The translations under genes were made by a program, and so were the position numbers. 64,000 nucleotides of DNA from Candidatus Eiseniibacteriota bacterium (GTDB taxonomy: Bacteria; Eisenbacteria; RBG-16-71-46): the NCBI GenBank assembly GCA_963717935.1, contig CAVQXP010000004.1:96001-160000 (forward strand), given 5' to 3'. Within the stretch, counting starts at the first letter, position 1. Each line of letters starts with the position of its first letter. Positions 1-11,096 of this stretch are shown here, one piece after another. The notes under the pieces were generated by a model that saw only the letters and a list, made by a program, of their open reading frames with translations, was not told the origin of the DNA and did no database searches.

Positions 1-1
1 G

Positions 2-958
2 GCTCCGCGCATCGGCGGCCGGTTCGAGTACGCCACGGGACGACGGCGCGCGCTCTACGGCGTGCAGCTCGAGCAGCCGCTGCTGCCCCCCGGCCGGCTG
101 GCCTTCGGCGTCTCGATGTCGCGCCGCACCGACCACAGCGAGTTGCAGCAGGTGGACGACGTCGAGAACAGTCTGGCGCTGCTGTTCGCCCGCCAGGACT
201 ACCGCGACTACTTCGAGCGCGAGGGCTTCGGCGCCCATCTGGCCTGGCGCGTCCCCGACTTCTCGGTCGTCAGCCTGCACGCGCGCAACGACACCTACCG
301 TTCGCTCGTGCTCCAGGGCGGCACGCGCTCGATCTTCGAGCGCGACCGCGTGCTGCGCGACAACCCGCCGGTGGACGAGGGCGACATCCACGCCGTGCTG
401 CTGCGGCTGGAGCGCCAGACCCGGCGCACGGCGCGCACACGCGCCGGTCTCTATCACTGGATCGAGCTCGAGCGCGCCGGCCACGGGATGGGCGGTGACT
501 TCGAGTACACGCGTGCGCTGGCCGACCTGCGCGGCGTACTGCGGCTCTCACCGACCGCCACGCTGGCCCTGCGCGCCGTGGGCGGGACCACGATCACCGG
601 CGGGCTGCCGGCACAGAAGGAGTTCACCACCGGTGGCGTGGACGGGCTGCGCGCGCACGCCTTCGCGCAGTACCGCGGCAACCAGCTGCTGCTGGCGCAG
701 GCCGAGTACACGACCGCGCTGTGGCGCGTGCGGCCGAGCGGGTTCGACGCGGGGCTGCACGCGATCGCGTTCGTGGACGCCGGCCGGGCCTGGGACGACG
801 CGGAGCACGCGTGGGAGCCCGACCGGCAGCATCTGCAGGTGGACGGCGGCTTCGGGCTGGCCACCGCGGAGGACAACCTGCGGGTGTACGTGGCCCGCAG
901 CCTGCAGCGGCCGCGCTCGGGCGCGGTCTTCAGCGTGCGGCTCCAGCGGCCCTTCTGA
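2..958 (+). CDS. Omp85/BamA-TamA family outer-membrane beta-barrel protein, 5'-truncated by the window edge
   Basis: The frame is open from position 2. It has alternating beta-strand patterns, a GGVDGLRAH motif resembling the Omp85 (V/L)RG(Y/F) loop, FVDAGRAW, and a C-terminal Phe. Confidence 0.7.
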   Translation, partial: APRIGGRFEYATGRRRALYGVQLEQPLLPPGRLAFGVSMSRRTDHSELQQVDDVENSLALLFARQDYRDYFEREGFGAHLAWRVPDFSVVSLHARNDTYRSLVLQGGTRSIFERDRVLRDNPPVDEGDIHAVLLRLERQTRRTARTRAGLYHWIELERAGHGMGGDFEYTRALADLRGVLRLSPTATLALRAVGGTTITGGLPAQKEFTTGGVDGLRAHAFAQYRGNQLLLAQAEYTTALWRVRPSGFDAGLHAIAFVDAGRAWDDAEHAWEPDRQHLQVDGGFGLATAEDNLRVYVARSLQRPRSGAVFSVRLQRPF

Positions 959-1033
959 CCCGGTCCCCTCGTGCGCTCCCCGCTCCCCGCCCGCTCCTCC
1001 GGTCCATCGCGTCCCCCCCGGCAGGCCCAGGCC

Positions 1034-1675
1034 GTGGCGCGCACCGCACTCCTGCTCCTGCTGGCGCTGGCGCCACCCGCGCGGGCGCTCGAGATCACGG
1101 CCCAACCGCCCCGCGAGCGGAGCGGCTATCTGTGGGTGGACATCCAGCTCGGTGACCTGTTCGAGCCGCGCGTCGAGGGCAGCCTCGCGCGCGGCATGCC
1201 GGCGACGCTCACGCTGCACGCCGAGCTATGGCGGCGGCGCGTTGGCTGGTTCGATGGTCTCGAAAGCGTCTTCGATGCCGAGTTGCGCCTGCGCTACGAC
1301 TTCCGCAGCGCCGCCTACCGCCTCGAGCGCACCGGCGCCCGGCCGCTCGTCGTGCCCGGACTGGACTCGGTGCGCGCCGTGCTCTTGCGCCCCCTGCCCC
1401 TCCCGGTCGGGCGCGTCGGTCCGCTGCTGGCGGGCCAGCGCTACTACGTCGTGGTGTCCGCAACGCTCAAGCCCCTGAGCGTGGAGGATGCGGCGGAGGT
1501 CGAGGGCTGGCTGTCGGGCGAGGTCGGAGGCGGACGCAACGAGCCCTTCGGCCTGCTCACCGGCCTGCCCCGCTCGCTGTTCGACGCAGCGCGCAACTTC
1601 GCCGGCTTCGGCGACGAGCACGCGCGCGCCATCACGGAGGAATTCGGGCTGCGGGATCTCTTCGGCGCGCGGTAG
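1034..1675 (+). CDS. DUF4390-like secreted protein
   Basis: Signal peptide ARTALLLLLALAPPARA; pattern LARGMPATL..LWRRRVGWFD..LRYD..Y typical of DUF4390. Start is uncertain (ORF is open from 971). Confidence 0.6.
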   Translation: MARTALLLLLALAPPARALEITAQPPRERSGYLWVDIQLGDLFEPRVEGSLARGMPATLTLHAELWRRRVGWFDGLESVFDAELRLRYDFRSAAYRLERTGARPLVVPGLDSVRAVLLRPLPLPVGRVGPLLAGQRYYVVVSATLKPLSVEDAAEVEGWLSGEVGGGRNEPFGLLTGLPRSLFDAARNFAGFGDEHARAITEEFGLRDLFGAR

Positions 1676-1713
1676 CCACGGCCCGGCACGGCATCAGGCC
1701 GCGCGGAGGAAGG

Positions 1714-2733
1714 TCAGGGCAGCAGGGTCACGCGCGCGCTGGCGCTGCCGTCGCGCACCCGGGCGAAGACCACACCGGGGCCGGCGCGGCGGCCGGACTC
1801 GTCCCGGCCGTTCCAGCTCCAGCGCTGCCAGCCGGCGCCGACCTCGGGCGCGACCGTCGCCAGACGGCGGCCCGCAAGGTCGAACAGGTCGAGCGCCACC
1901 GCCGCCGAGCCCTTCCGCGAGAAGACCACCGCACCGCGCGCCGGATTGGGACGCGCGCCGAGCGTGACGGCCAGCGGCGCTCCGGAGAGCGAGAACAGGA
2001 AGTCCGCCAGGCCCTCGACCTGCGCGGGCGGCGTGAGCGCGGCGTTCTCGATGCTCCCGGTCGAATTGGCGAGCGCGCCACCGAACAGCGCGCGGAAGTC
2101 CTCGGCGAAGATCTCGTGCGGCCGGTCGGCGTGCACCGGGCTCTGGGAGGAGTAGACACTGAAATCGGTGATGCCACGCAGCGCGCGGTAGCGGTCCCAC
2201 GACGCGACATCCAGGTCGGGCAGGCGCGCGTACTGGACGACGTGGCCGAGTTCGTGGTCGAACTCCGCGTGCTGCTGCTCGCGCGGCACCGGGTAGACAC
2301 CTGGCGAGAGCAGGATGAGCCCGGGCCCCGCCGCCGAGGTCAGGCCGGCGCGCCGCGGGTAGGGCAGGATGAAGACGTCGGCCGCCACGTCGTCGAGCCG
2401 GTAGCGCACCGCGGCCAGCGCGGCGCTCACCTCGTCGGCGTCGAAGGCGTGGAAGGACCCGTCGCCGGGGTTCGTGATGGCGGGGTCCTCGGTGGAGGTG
2501 ACCAGTTCGAAGCTCATCCCACCGGGCAGCACGAGCCAGAGTCCGCCTTCCGCGTCCGGGCGGCACCAGTCACGCAGGGTCTCCTGGGCATCGTGGATGA
2601 CGATGTGGCTCGAGGTCGGCGCGCCGCTGGTCGCCAGTTCGTTGGCGAGGGCCGGCGCGGCGAGCAGGACGGCGAGCAGGCCCGCAAGGGCGGCCTGGCG
2701 TGCGACGAGGCGAGTGCGGAGGATGGGCTCCAT
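1714..2733 (-). CDS. Secreted zincin-like metallopeptidase with C-terminal sorting-like domain
   Basis: Signal peptide; HELGH (HExxH) with downstream EIFAEDF; C-terminal RPNPARG..LDLFDLAGR..W.WNGRDESGRRAGPGVVF domain. Confidence 0.65.
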   Translation of the reverse strand: MEPILRTRLVARQAALAGLLAVLLAAPALANELATSGAPTSSHIVIHDAQETLRDWCRPDAEGGLWLVLPGGMSFELVTSTEDPAITNPGDGSFHAFDADEVSAALAAVRYRLDDVAADVFILPYPRRAGLTSAAGPGLILLSPGVYPVPREQQHAEFDHELGHVVQYARLPDLDVASWDRYRALRGITDFSVYSSQSPVHADRPHEIFAEDFRALFGGALANSTGSIENAALTPPAQVEGLADFLFSLSGAPLAVTLGARPNPARGAVVFSRKGSAAVALDLFDLAGRRLATVAPEVGAGWQRWSWNGRDESGRRAGPGVVFARVRDGSASARVTLLP

Positions 2734-2746
2734 GCCGGAGCTTTAA

Positions 2747-2762
2747 CGCCACAAACATGCCA
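2747..2762 (-). promoter_or_regulatory. Possible sigma54 -24/-12 element
   Basis: Minus strand reads TGGCATGTTTGTGGCG (GG-N10-GC), with the GC 14 nt before the ATG at 2733. The -12 element is imperfect. Confidence 0.3.
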
Positions 2763-3068
2763 TCCACGGGGCCCTCGCGCGGCACCGGTCGAGCGGCGCG
2801 GTGGCTCTGGCAACTCGATGTCGTGGAGGTGCTTGCGGGGGAAGCTTCCGGGCCGGCCGGGCGGCGGCGCGGCGCGGTTTCCACCGCACAGGGGCGCGGA
2901 GCGGGGAATAGCACCCAGGGGATCACAGGCCATGGGGGGAAACCCACTCCGGGGTGCTCGTCTCGGGGGGGGCGGGCTCCGGGAGGTGCGGAGGACGGCC
3001 AATTACCCACACGCTCGCCCTCCACACCTCCGGAGCCCGCCCTGAGCGGAGCGCCGAAGCGCGGGGGG

Positions 3069-4232
3069 CTAGACGGCGGAGGGGGCGGCGGCGGCGGCCG
3101 GGGACGCGGGCTGCGTGGGACGCGAGCCCACGCGCGAGAGGATCAGAGCGCCGGTCCCGATGATCGAGAGCCCCACGATCAGCAGCACCCCCAGCAGGGT
3201 GAAGAAGAGCGAGAGCGTGCGCGGCAACCCCTCGGGCACGGCAAGCGCCGCGCCCAGCCCGAAGCACAGGGCGACCAGGAGCGTGCCCACGAGGATCGGA
3301 CCCATCAGCCCGCCCTCACCCGGCCGGCGGCGCAGGATCTTGCAGCCCAGCACGTAGCTCCCGGCGACCTGGCCGGCCCAGATGGCCAGCAGGTAGACGA
3401 ACGGCAGCAGCAGCGCGAACGGGATGCCGACCACGGTGATGAAGAGCAGCGCGAGCGCGATCACGAAGAGCGGCGCCGAGAGCAAGCCGAGGAAGAACGA
3501 GCCCGCGCTGTGGCGCGAGGCCGTGCTCCCGATCTGCAGCATGCGCTCGGAGAACAGCAGGGTGAGCAACCAGCCCAGGATCAGCGTGACCAGCCAGCCC
3601 AGGAACACGACCGTGAGCAGCGTGGCCAGCGTCGGCACGCCCCAGCCAGGCGACAGGATGCCGACTGCCACGCTCTGGCCGCTCACGTACGCGTCCGGAG
3701 GCTGGTCGAGCACGCCGCCGATCGCGATGGCATCGCCCTCCACGTTCGCCCCGGCACGCAGGCGCACCGAGCCGAACACGGCCACCACGTCCCCCTCGAC
3801 CGTACCTTCCACATCCACCGAGCCGAACACGGCCACGACGTCCCCGGGGATGGTCTGCCCGGCGGGCACGTGGGCATCGGCGAACAACCGCACCAGCCCG
3901 GCGTCGCCGGTGTTCACGATGATGGAGGTTCCGCTCCCGGAACCGTCTCCGCCGACGACCACGCTCTCGCCTTCTCCGCTCTCCAGGGTCTCGACGGTCA
4001 ACCCGTGCCGGCCCACCTTGAGCACACCCGCGGGGCTCCTGTGGCTACGCGTCTCCCAGCGGCTCGTGCTGTCTCCGGGGCCGGAGCGTTCGATCTGGAT
4101 GCCCGCGGGCCCGATGCGCACGTGACGCACCACCCGCCCGCTGTCGCTGGCGGCCAGTGCCAGAGCGGGCGCCAGGACCAGGGCGATCGCCAGCAGAACG
4201 CCGGTCGCCGCGCCCCGGGCGCGTCCACTCAC
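3069..4232 (-). CDS. Membrane protein with bactofilin-like beta-helix repeats and C-terminal TM helices
   Basis: GTG start after GAGGAG; signal peptide; repeated GDVVAVFGSV..G.VEGD motifs; several hydrophobic helices. Third gene of the ECF locus. Confidence 0.7.
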   Translation of the reverse strand: MSGRARGAATGVLLAIALVLAPALALAASDSGRVVRHVRIGPAGIQIERSGPGDSTSRWETRSHRSPAGVLKVGRHGLTVETLESGEGESVVVGGDGSGSGTSIIVNTGDAGLVRLFADAHVPAGQTIPGDVVAVFGSVDVEGTVEGDVVAVFGSVRLRAGANVEGDAIAIGGVLDQPPDAYVSGQSVAVGILSPGWGVPTLATLLTVVFLGWLVTLILGWLLTLLFSERMLQIGSTASRHSAGSFFLGLLSAPLFVIALALLFITVVGIPFALLLPFVYLLAIWAGQVAGSYVLGCKILRRRPGEGGLMGPILVGTLLVALCFGLGAALAVPEGLPRTLSLFFTLLGVLLIVGLSIIGTGALILSRVGSRPTQPASPAAAAAPSAV

Positions 4233-4248
4233 CCGCCCACTCCTCACC

Positions 4249-4872
4249 TCAGAACCCCAGGACGCTGACATGACGTACCTCCCGCGCCGCGGCGCCCGCC
4301 CGCGGCCGCATCCACCACAGCAGGGCCGCGCAGACCGCGGCCGCCGACCAGATCGTGAAGGCGATGCTCGGCTCCGTGAGTACGGCACCCAGCGCCCGCG
4401 ACAGCGGTGCGAAGCGCTCGCCGACCACGTGGAGCAGGCTCCAGCCGTCCGCGAGACGCACCGCGGAGGCCCCGAGCATGTTCAGCACGAAGAGCCCCAC
4501 GCCCAGCAACCGCTGCGACAGTTGGCCCGAGAGCGTCACGATCAGTGCGTTCCCCCCGGGCTGGAACGCCCACAGCGCGGCGACCCCGACGCAGGCGGCC
4601 AGCGCCCCCGCATAGCCCCAGCCCAGCGCCACGAGCCGGCGGTGCCGCGCGCGCGACGGCAGCACCCGATCGAGGATCCGCCCGGTGAGCTCGGGCCGCG
4701 GCGCCAGGAGTGGCGCGACCTCGAGCGTGCCGATGAGACTCTGGAACGACGCCACCTCGGCGGCGCAGTCCCGGCAGCCCGCCAGATGCGCGCGGAAGGC
4801 CATGGCTTCCCCGGGCGGCAGCTCGCCGTCCAGGAAATCCTGGATGCGGACGTTCTCACGACAGGGCGTCAT
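4249..4872 (-). CDS. Zinc-binding (ZAS/zf-HC2) membrane anti-sigma factor
   Basis: IQDFLDGEL..HLAGCRDC (HxxxCxxC) plus TM segments; own GGAG RBS and ATG at 4872. As sequenced it is in frame with the upstream sigma factor. Confidence 0.85.
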   Translation of the reverse strand: MTPCRENVRIQDFLDGELPPGEAMAFRAHLAGCRDCAAEVASFQSLIGTLEVAPLLAPRPELTGRILDRVLPSRARHRRLVALGWGYAGALAACVGVAALWAFQPGGNALIVTLSGQLSQRLLGVGLFVLNMLGASAVRLADGWSLLHVVGERFAPLSRALGAVLTEPSIAFTIWSAAAVCAALLWWMRPRAGAAAREVRHVSVLGF

Positions 4873-5436
4873 GACCCGCTCTCCAGTCGTCTCCTTCAGC
4901 AGGGCGCGCGCCCGGTGGATGCGCGCCTTCACGGTGCCGAGCGGCAACCGCAGCGCTTCGGAGATCTCCTCGTACGAAAGCCCCTGCTGGTGCCTCAGCA
5001 CCACGACGATGCGGTAGTGTTCGGGCAGCGCCCCGATCAGCCGGTCGACGCCCCGCTGCTCCTCCCGCTGTTCGGCCAGTTCTTCGGGCCCCGGCCCGGG
5101 ATCCGCAAACTCGACGATGCGCTCCTCCCCGGAGTCCGGTTCGCTGCGGAAGAACGGGACCGTCTTCACCCGGCGCCGGCGCAGCTGGTCGATGCTCAGG
5201 CGCGCGGCGATGGTGAGCAGCCAGGCCGGGAAGGGCCGGGAGGGGTCGTAGCGGTCGAGGGCCTTGAACATGCGGACGAACGTCTCCTGGGTGAGGTCTT
5301 CGGCATCCTCGGCCACGCGCACCATCCTCATGGCCACCGAATAGACCTGCCTCTCGTAGCGCTCGATCAGCTCGCGGTAGGCTCGCTCGTCCCCGGCCAG
5401 GCATTGCCTGACCAGTTCGGGATCGCTGAGGCTCAC
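4869..5436 (-). CDS. ECF sigma factor, SigW-like
   Basis: Region 2 (DAEDLTQETFVR, WLLTIA) and region 4 (LSYEEIS..GTVKARIHRAR). Probable true stop is TGA 4871-4869 after removing one extra base. Confidence 0.9.
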
Positions 5437-5457
5437 CGGCCGACCTTCAACTCCGCC

Positions 5458-5484
5458 TACGGGCGGCGGGCGGGGAAGGTTTCA
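5458..5484 (-). promoter_or_regulatory. SigW-like autoregulatory ECF promoter
   Basis: TGAAAC-N17-CGTA about 20 nt upstream of the sigma start; matches the B. subtilis SigW consensus TGAAAC-N16/17-CGTA. Confidence 0.7.
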
Positions 5485-5584
5485 TGGCTGCGGACATTAG
5501 GCGTCCGGTTCGGTGATGGTCAAGGACCTGCGGGACTTCGAGTTGGCCAGCGGACCGCTTGACGGCCGCCAGAGCCGAACGTAG

Positions 5585-6919
<1,335 letters not shown>

Positions 6920-7080
6920 CGCGGAACGCATCGCGGATACATCTTGTGGGGTGCGGTCGGACGCAGCGAGCGTCCGGCCCGCCCTGACCGGCTGGTGCAG
7001 CAGTCGCAGGCTCGGCACTCGCAAGGATGCGAGACCCCGGCCCCCCCGGACCGGGGACGATCGAGGAGGACAGGGACGTC

Positions 7081-7437
7081 ATGCGCGACATCGGCACCCG
7101 CATCCAGCGCTACCGCCTCTCCCGCTACGCCCCGCCCGAGGACCGCGTGCGCCGCAACCTGCGCTGGGCCTGGCTCGCCGGCGCGCTCTGGCTCGTCTGG
7201 GTCGGGTTCGTGAGCGAGCACAACCTCATGCGGCTCCGGCAGCTCTCCCGCGAGTGCCAGCGCTCGGAGGCCACGTTGCAGCGGCTCAACAGCGAGATCG
7301 CCCGCCTGGACGCTCAGCAGCGCGATCCGGCGGCCCAGCGCTCCCTGGCCGAACACGCCCTGCGCGAGAAATCGGGCATGGCCAAGCCCGACGAGATCAT
7401 CTACCAGATCCGGCCCGGCGGCCCGGGGAAGCACTGA
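7081..7437 (+). CDS. ftsB: Septum formation initiator FtsB/DivIC
   Basis: One TM helix, coiled coil, EHALREKSGMAKPDEIIY motif; follows eno; GAGGAGG RBS. Confidence 0.8.
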   Translation: MRDIGTRIQRYRLSRYAPPEDRVRRNLRWAWLAGALWLVWVGFVSEHNLMRLRQLSRECQRSEATLQRLNSEIARLDAQQRDPAAQRSLAEHALREKSGMAKPDEIIYQIRPGGPGKH

Positions 7438-7552
7438 AAGGACGCGGTCCCCGCGAAGCGGGGGCCATCAGGCTCGCTGCCGGACGGAACAGCGAAGCGG
7501 CACGGGCACGGCCCGCGCCGCTTCGCTCTCCGCAGTCCGCAGGAGAGCCCGA

Positions 7553-8395
7553 CTAGAAGCCGATCCCCAGGGCCATTCGCACGCCGACGCCGCTCAGGTC
7601 CAGATCGGAGATGCGGACCGGCTTGCCCCCCAGGTCCAGAAGCATCTTCTTGAGGGGGACCTCCGACTGCGGTCGGTCGGGATCGGGCACCAGGACGACG
7701 CCCTCGGTCGCCAGGTTGCGGACCTTCATGCTCCGGTAGACGGCGCCCACCATGACGGAGTAGCGCGCTGCGAAGAACAGGTGCGCTCCCACCTCGGCAT
7801 AGTACCCCGGGCTGTCCCCGCGGGCGACGAGCTCGTTGTTCCCGCCCAGTGAGGCGACATCGAGCGTGTCGCCGCTTCGGATCGGCAGGCCCGCCTCGAC
7901 GGTCAGGAAGCGCGCCCGGGTCGCCGTCAGGCTCATCAGCCCGCCGCCCACGAAGGCGCGGGCCTGGAAGTCGCCCTGGTTGTAGGGTGCGAGGTAGTAC
8001 TGAGCGCCGACGTGGAGCGGCACCGAAAGCACCTCGCCGCTCACGTTGATGGACGTCCCGATGCTCGGCAGGAACTCCCGCTTGGTCAGGACCTTGAGGT
8101 GGCCTACGCCCGCGGCCAGGGCGAAGCTGGGGCGCACGAAATAACGCAGCTCGCCGTCGAACAGCCAGCCCATGCCGAGCTTGTCGATTTGCTCGAAGCC
8201 ACGGGCCCCGAGCGGATACTGGTTGTAGCGCTCGAGCAGGCTGTTCATGCCGCCACCGTCGAGCTGGCTCGGCATGGCCGAGATCACCAGGTTCAAATGG
8301 TGCACCTCAGCCGCCGCCATGGCCTCCGGGGAAAGGCTGAAGGCGCCGAAGGCCACGGCCAGCGCCAGCAGGGCCCCGAGACGAAGACGAGTCAA
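7553..8395 (-). CDS. Outer-membrane beta-barrel protein
   Basis: Probable TTG start after GGGAGG; signal peptide; amphipathic strands; ends ALGIGF. Confidence 0.65.
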   Translation of the reverse strand: MTRLRLGALLALAVAFGAFSLSPEAMAAAEVHHLNLVISAMPSQLDGGGMNSLLERYNQYPLGARGFEQIDKLGMGWLFDGELRYFVRPSFALAAGVGHLKVLTKREFLPSIGTSINVSGEVLSVPLHVGAQYYLAPYNQGDFQARAFVGGGLMSLTATRARFLTVEAGLPIRSGDTLDVASLGGNNELVARGDSPGYYAEVGAHLFFAARYSVMVGAVYRSMKVRNLATEGVVLVPDPDRPQSEVPLKKMLLDLGGKPVRISDLDLSGVGVRMALGIGF

Positions 8396-8530
8396 CGCGA
8401 ACCTCCCCACATAAAGAGCCAATCCCGATGCGTGAGCCCCAGAATCCCGGTCAGAGTGCCGCATACTATCCGGCCGGCGGCCCCAGATGCAAGGCGCAGA
8501 AGGGCCTTCCGGGGCGCCCCGGGGCGCCAC

Positions 8531-8560
8531 TTGACAGCCCGCGGGCCGGGAGCATAACGT
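8531..8560 (+). promoter_or_regulatory. Sigma70 promoter of the tRNA gene
   Basis: TTGACA-N18-TAACGT ending 12 nt before the tRNA. Confidence 0.65.
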
Positions 8561-8572
8561 TTGTGCCGTTGA

Positions 8573-8649
<77 letters not shown>

Positions 8650-8652
8650 AAT

Positions 8653-8690
8653 GGGCCCCGGAGCCGGTCGGCTCCGGGGCTCGCCCTTTT
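8653..8690 (+). terminator. Intrinsic terminator after the tRNA
   Basis: GGGCCCCGGAGCC-ggtc-GGCTCCGGGGCTC hairpin followed shortly by TTTT. Confidence 0.65.
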
Positions 8691-8925
8691 CAGCAGATGC
8701 TGCGCGGGTCGCCCGGCGCGGCGGGCGCGTTGGCACACGGGCGCCCGGTAGGATCCAGTCCTCGAGGTCGGGCGGGCGCATCAGCGGATGGCGGAGCAGA
8801 CCCGGCGCTCTCACCGAACTTGCCCCGCGAGCGTGCTGCAGGTCACAATCGTCGGCAGCATGGAACCTGGCGCCGCCCCACCCGCCAACGAAGTTCATCC
8901 CGCGGAAGTGCAGCGCGGGCGCCCC

Positions 8926-9942
8926 ATGCGAACTCGCAAGGGCGCTTGGGCCGCGCTCGCACTCGTGTGCCTGTGGGTTTCGGCCGCCCTCGTCTACCCG
9001 CCCATCACGAAGTACCAGCTCTACGATCCCGGGCTGGGCGGCCGGGGCGGAGACGTCGGGCAGTACGTCCGGATCTACCGGGGCGTCCCGCTGCAGGAAA
9101 TCGCGCGGCCCTGGCGTTACCGGGTGCTCACGCCGCTGATGGCCCGGCTCGTGCCCACCCCACCGCAGCCCCTGCTGCGCTACTTCGACGTGAACGCGGA
9201 CAAGCTCGTGATGTACCACTTCGGGATGGTGAACCTCCTGGGGCTCGCCCTGGCCGGCCTGCTCATGGTGGGGTTCTGCGAGGCGCTGGGGTTCACGACC
9301 CTGGAGGGGGTGCTGGGGGCGCTCCTGTTCTACACCTCGTTCCCCGTCGTCAACTTCGCGGGGACGCCCATGGTGGATGCCTGGGCCTACGCGTTTCTCC
9401 TGCTCGGGCTCCTCGCAGCACTGCGCGGCTCCCTGGCATGGCTGCTCGTCGCGTCCCTCGTCGGGATGCTGGCCAAGGAGACCACCCTGCTGCTCGTGCC
9501 GGCCGTGCTCCTGCTGGGCGGCCCACCACGCACGGTGGCCCGGAAGCTCTTCGCGCTGCTCCCGGGCGTGGTCATCTACGCGGTGTTCCGGTTCGTGCTC
9601 TTCCCCGGGGGCTACGGCCACCCCAGCGATTCGGGCACGGCCTGGTCGACACTCGTCTCGCGCATGCAGGAGGGCCCCTACTGGGCGTGGCTCCTGTTCG
9701 ACGGTGGCATGGCCTTCGGGTTGCTCTGGCTGCTGGCTGGGGTCGGCGCGTGGAGCCTGCGCGGCTCCCGCCACCATCCCCTGCTCCGGTTGGCCTGGCT
9801 CGTGCCGGGGATCCTGCTGGTGCCGTTCCTGATCGGCACCAACATCGGCCGGGTCTGGTTCTACGCGTTCCCGGCCTTGATTCCACTTGTCATCACCGGG
9901 ATCCGGCGACTGATGAACGGCCCCCGCGTTCCCGCTGTCTGA
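8926..9942 (+). CDS. Polytopic membrane protein, possibly a GT-C-fold glycosyltransferase
   Basis: Many TM helices; GDVGQY, PWRYRVLTP and LAKETTLL motifs reminiscent of GT-C proteins. Confidence 0.45.
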   Translation: MRTRKGAWAALALVCLWVSAALVYPPITKYQLYDPGLGGRGGDVGQYVRIYRGVPLQEIARPWRYRVLTPLMARLVPTPPQPLLRYFDVNADKLVMYHFGMVNLLGLALAGLLMVGFCEALGFTTLEGVLGALLFYTSFPVVNFAGTPMVDAWAYAFLLLGLLAALRGSLAWLLVASLVGMLAKETTLLLVPAVLLLGGPPRTVARKLFALLPGVVIYAVFRFVLFPGGYGHPSDSGTAWSTLVSRMQEGPYWAWLLFDGGMAFGLLWLLAGVGAWSLRGSRHHPLLRLAWLVPGILLVPFLIGTNIGRVWFYAFPALIPLVITGIRRLMNGPRVPAV

Positions 9943-10042
9943 GCCGCGGGCAGGGCCGCCGCGGGGAACGGGGACCCAGAGCCTGCGACCGGGAGGGCGG
10001 GATGGAGCCCCGCGCGCAGAGGGTGCTACGCTGCGAACCCTC

Positions 10043-11071
10043 ATGAGCCCGCCGCCCTCATCCGAAGACCGCGCCTGGTGCGACGCCGAGCTGCCGCGCG
10101 TCTCGCGCACCTTCGCGCTCAACATCCGCCTCCTCGCGGGCACGTTCCACGAGGCGGTGAACATCGGCTACCTGCTCTGCCGGGCCGCCGACACCATCGA
10201 GGACTCGTGGCCCGGAAGTGCGGACGAGATCCGCGCCCGCTTCCGGCTCCTGCTCGACTCGTTCGGAGAGGACGACGCCCCCGCCGAATCACTCGCCGCC
10301 CGGGCGCGCGCAGCCGCCGGCGGGGAGAACGACCTCGAGCTGGTGGCTGAGCTGCCCCGGGTGCGGCGCGTCTGGCGGGCCCTGCCCACCGGCGACCGCG
10401 AGGTCCTGGCCGAGTGCGTGCGCACCATGGCCACGGGCATGTGCCGCTACGCTTCGCGCGCCGCGGAACGCCCGCCCGGGGCCCCCTACCTCGACACCGA
10501 GGCCGAGCTGCACGACTACTGCTGGGTGGTGGCGGGCTGCGTGGGCGTGATGCTCACCCGGCTGTTCGAAGCGCGCCAGCCCGCCGGCGATCCCGCGCTG
10601 GAGCGACGGCGGCTCGAACTCGCCCCGTCCGTCGGCGAAGCGCTGCAGCTCACCAACATCCTGCTCGACTGGTCGGCTGACGCCAGGCGCGGCCGCTGCT
10701 ACCTGCCTGCCGCGTGGCTGGCCGAGCACGGCCTTGCGCCGCGCGACCTGGTGGGGAGCGCGCGACCCGGCGTGGCGGCGCTCGAGCGGCGGCTCGAGGC
10801 GCAGGCGCGCGCCGCCCTCGCCCGCGTGCCCGACTACCTCGATGCCCTCCCGCCACGGGCCCTGCGCTATCGCCTGTTCGCCCTGCTGCCCGCGCTCTGG
10901 GGACTCGCCTCGCTCGAGCACGCGCGCACCGATCCCGAGTTCCCGTGGGGCGCGCGGCGCCCGCGCCTGCCACGCGCGCGGCTCTGGGGCGAGGCGCTGA
11001 GCGGGCTCCTCGGGCACCACGGCGCTGCGCTGCGGCGACTGCGCGCGGCGAACGGCCCCGCCGGCGCGTGA
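10043..11071 (+). CDS. Squalene/phytoene synthase family protein
   Basis: VSRTFAL, YLLCRAADTIED, YCWVVAGCVG, LQLTNILLD..D..RGRCYLP. Confidence 0.9.
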   Translation: MSPPPSSEDRAWCDAELPRVSRTFALNIRLLAGTFHEAVNIGYLLCRAADTIEDSWPGSADEIRARFRLLLDSFGEDDAPAESLAARARAAAGGENDLELVAELPRVRRVWRALPTGDREVLAECVRTMATGMCRYASRAAERPPGAPYLDTEAELHDYCWVVAGCVGVMLTRLFEARQPAGDPALERRRLELAPSVGEALQLTNILLDWSADARRGRCYLPAAWLAEHGLAPRDLVGSARPGVAALERRLEAQARAALARVPDYLDALPPRALRYRLFALLPALWGLASLEHARTDPEFPWGARRPRLPRARLWGEALSGLLGHHGAALRRLRAANGPAGA

Positions 11072-11096
11072 CCCGTGGCCGCGGCGGGCGGCGCGG

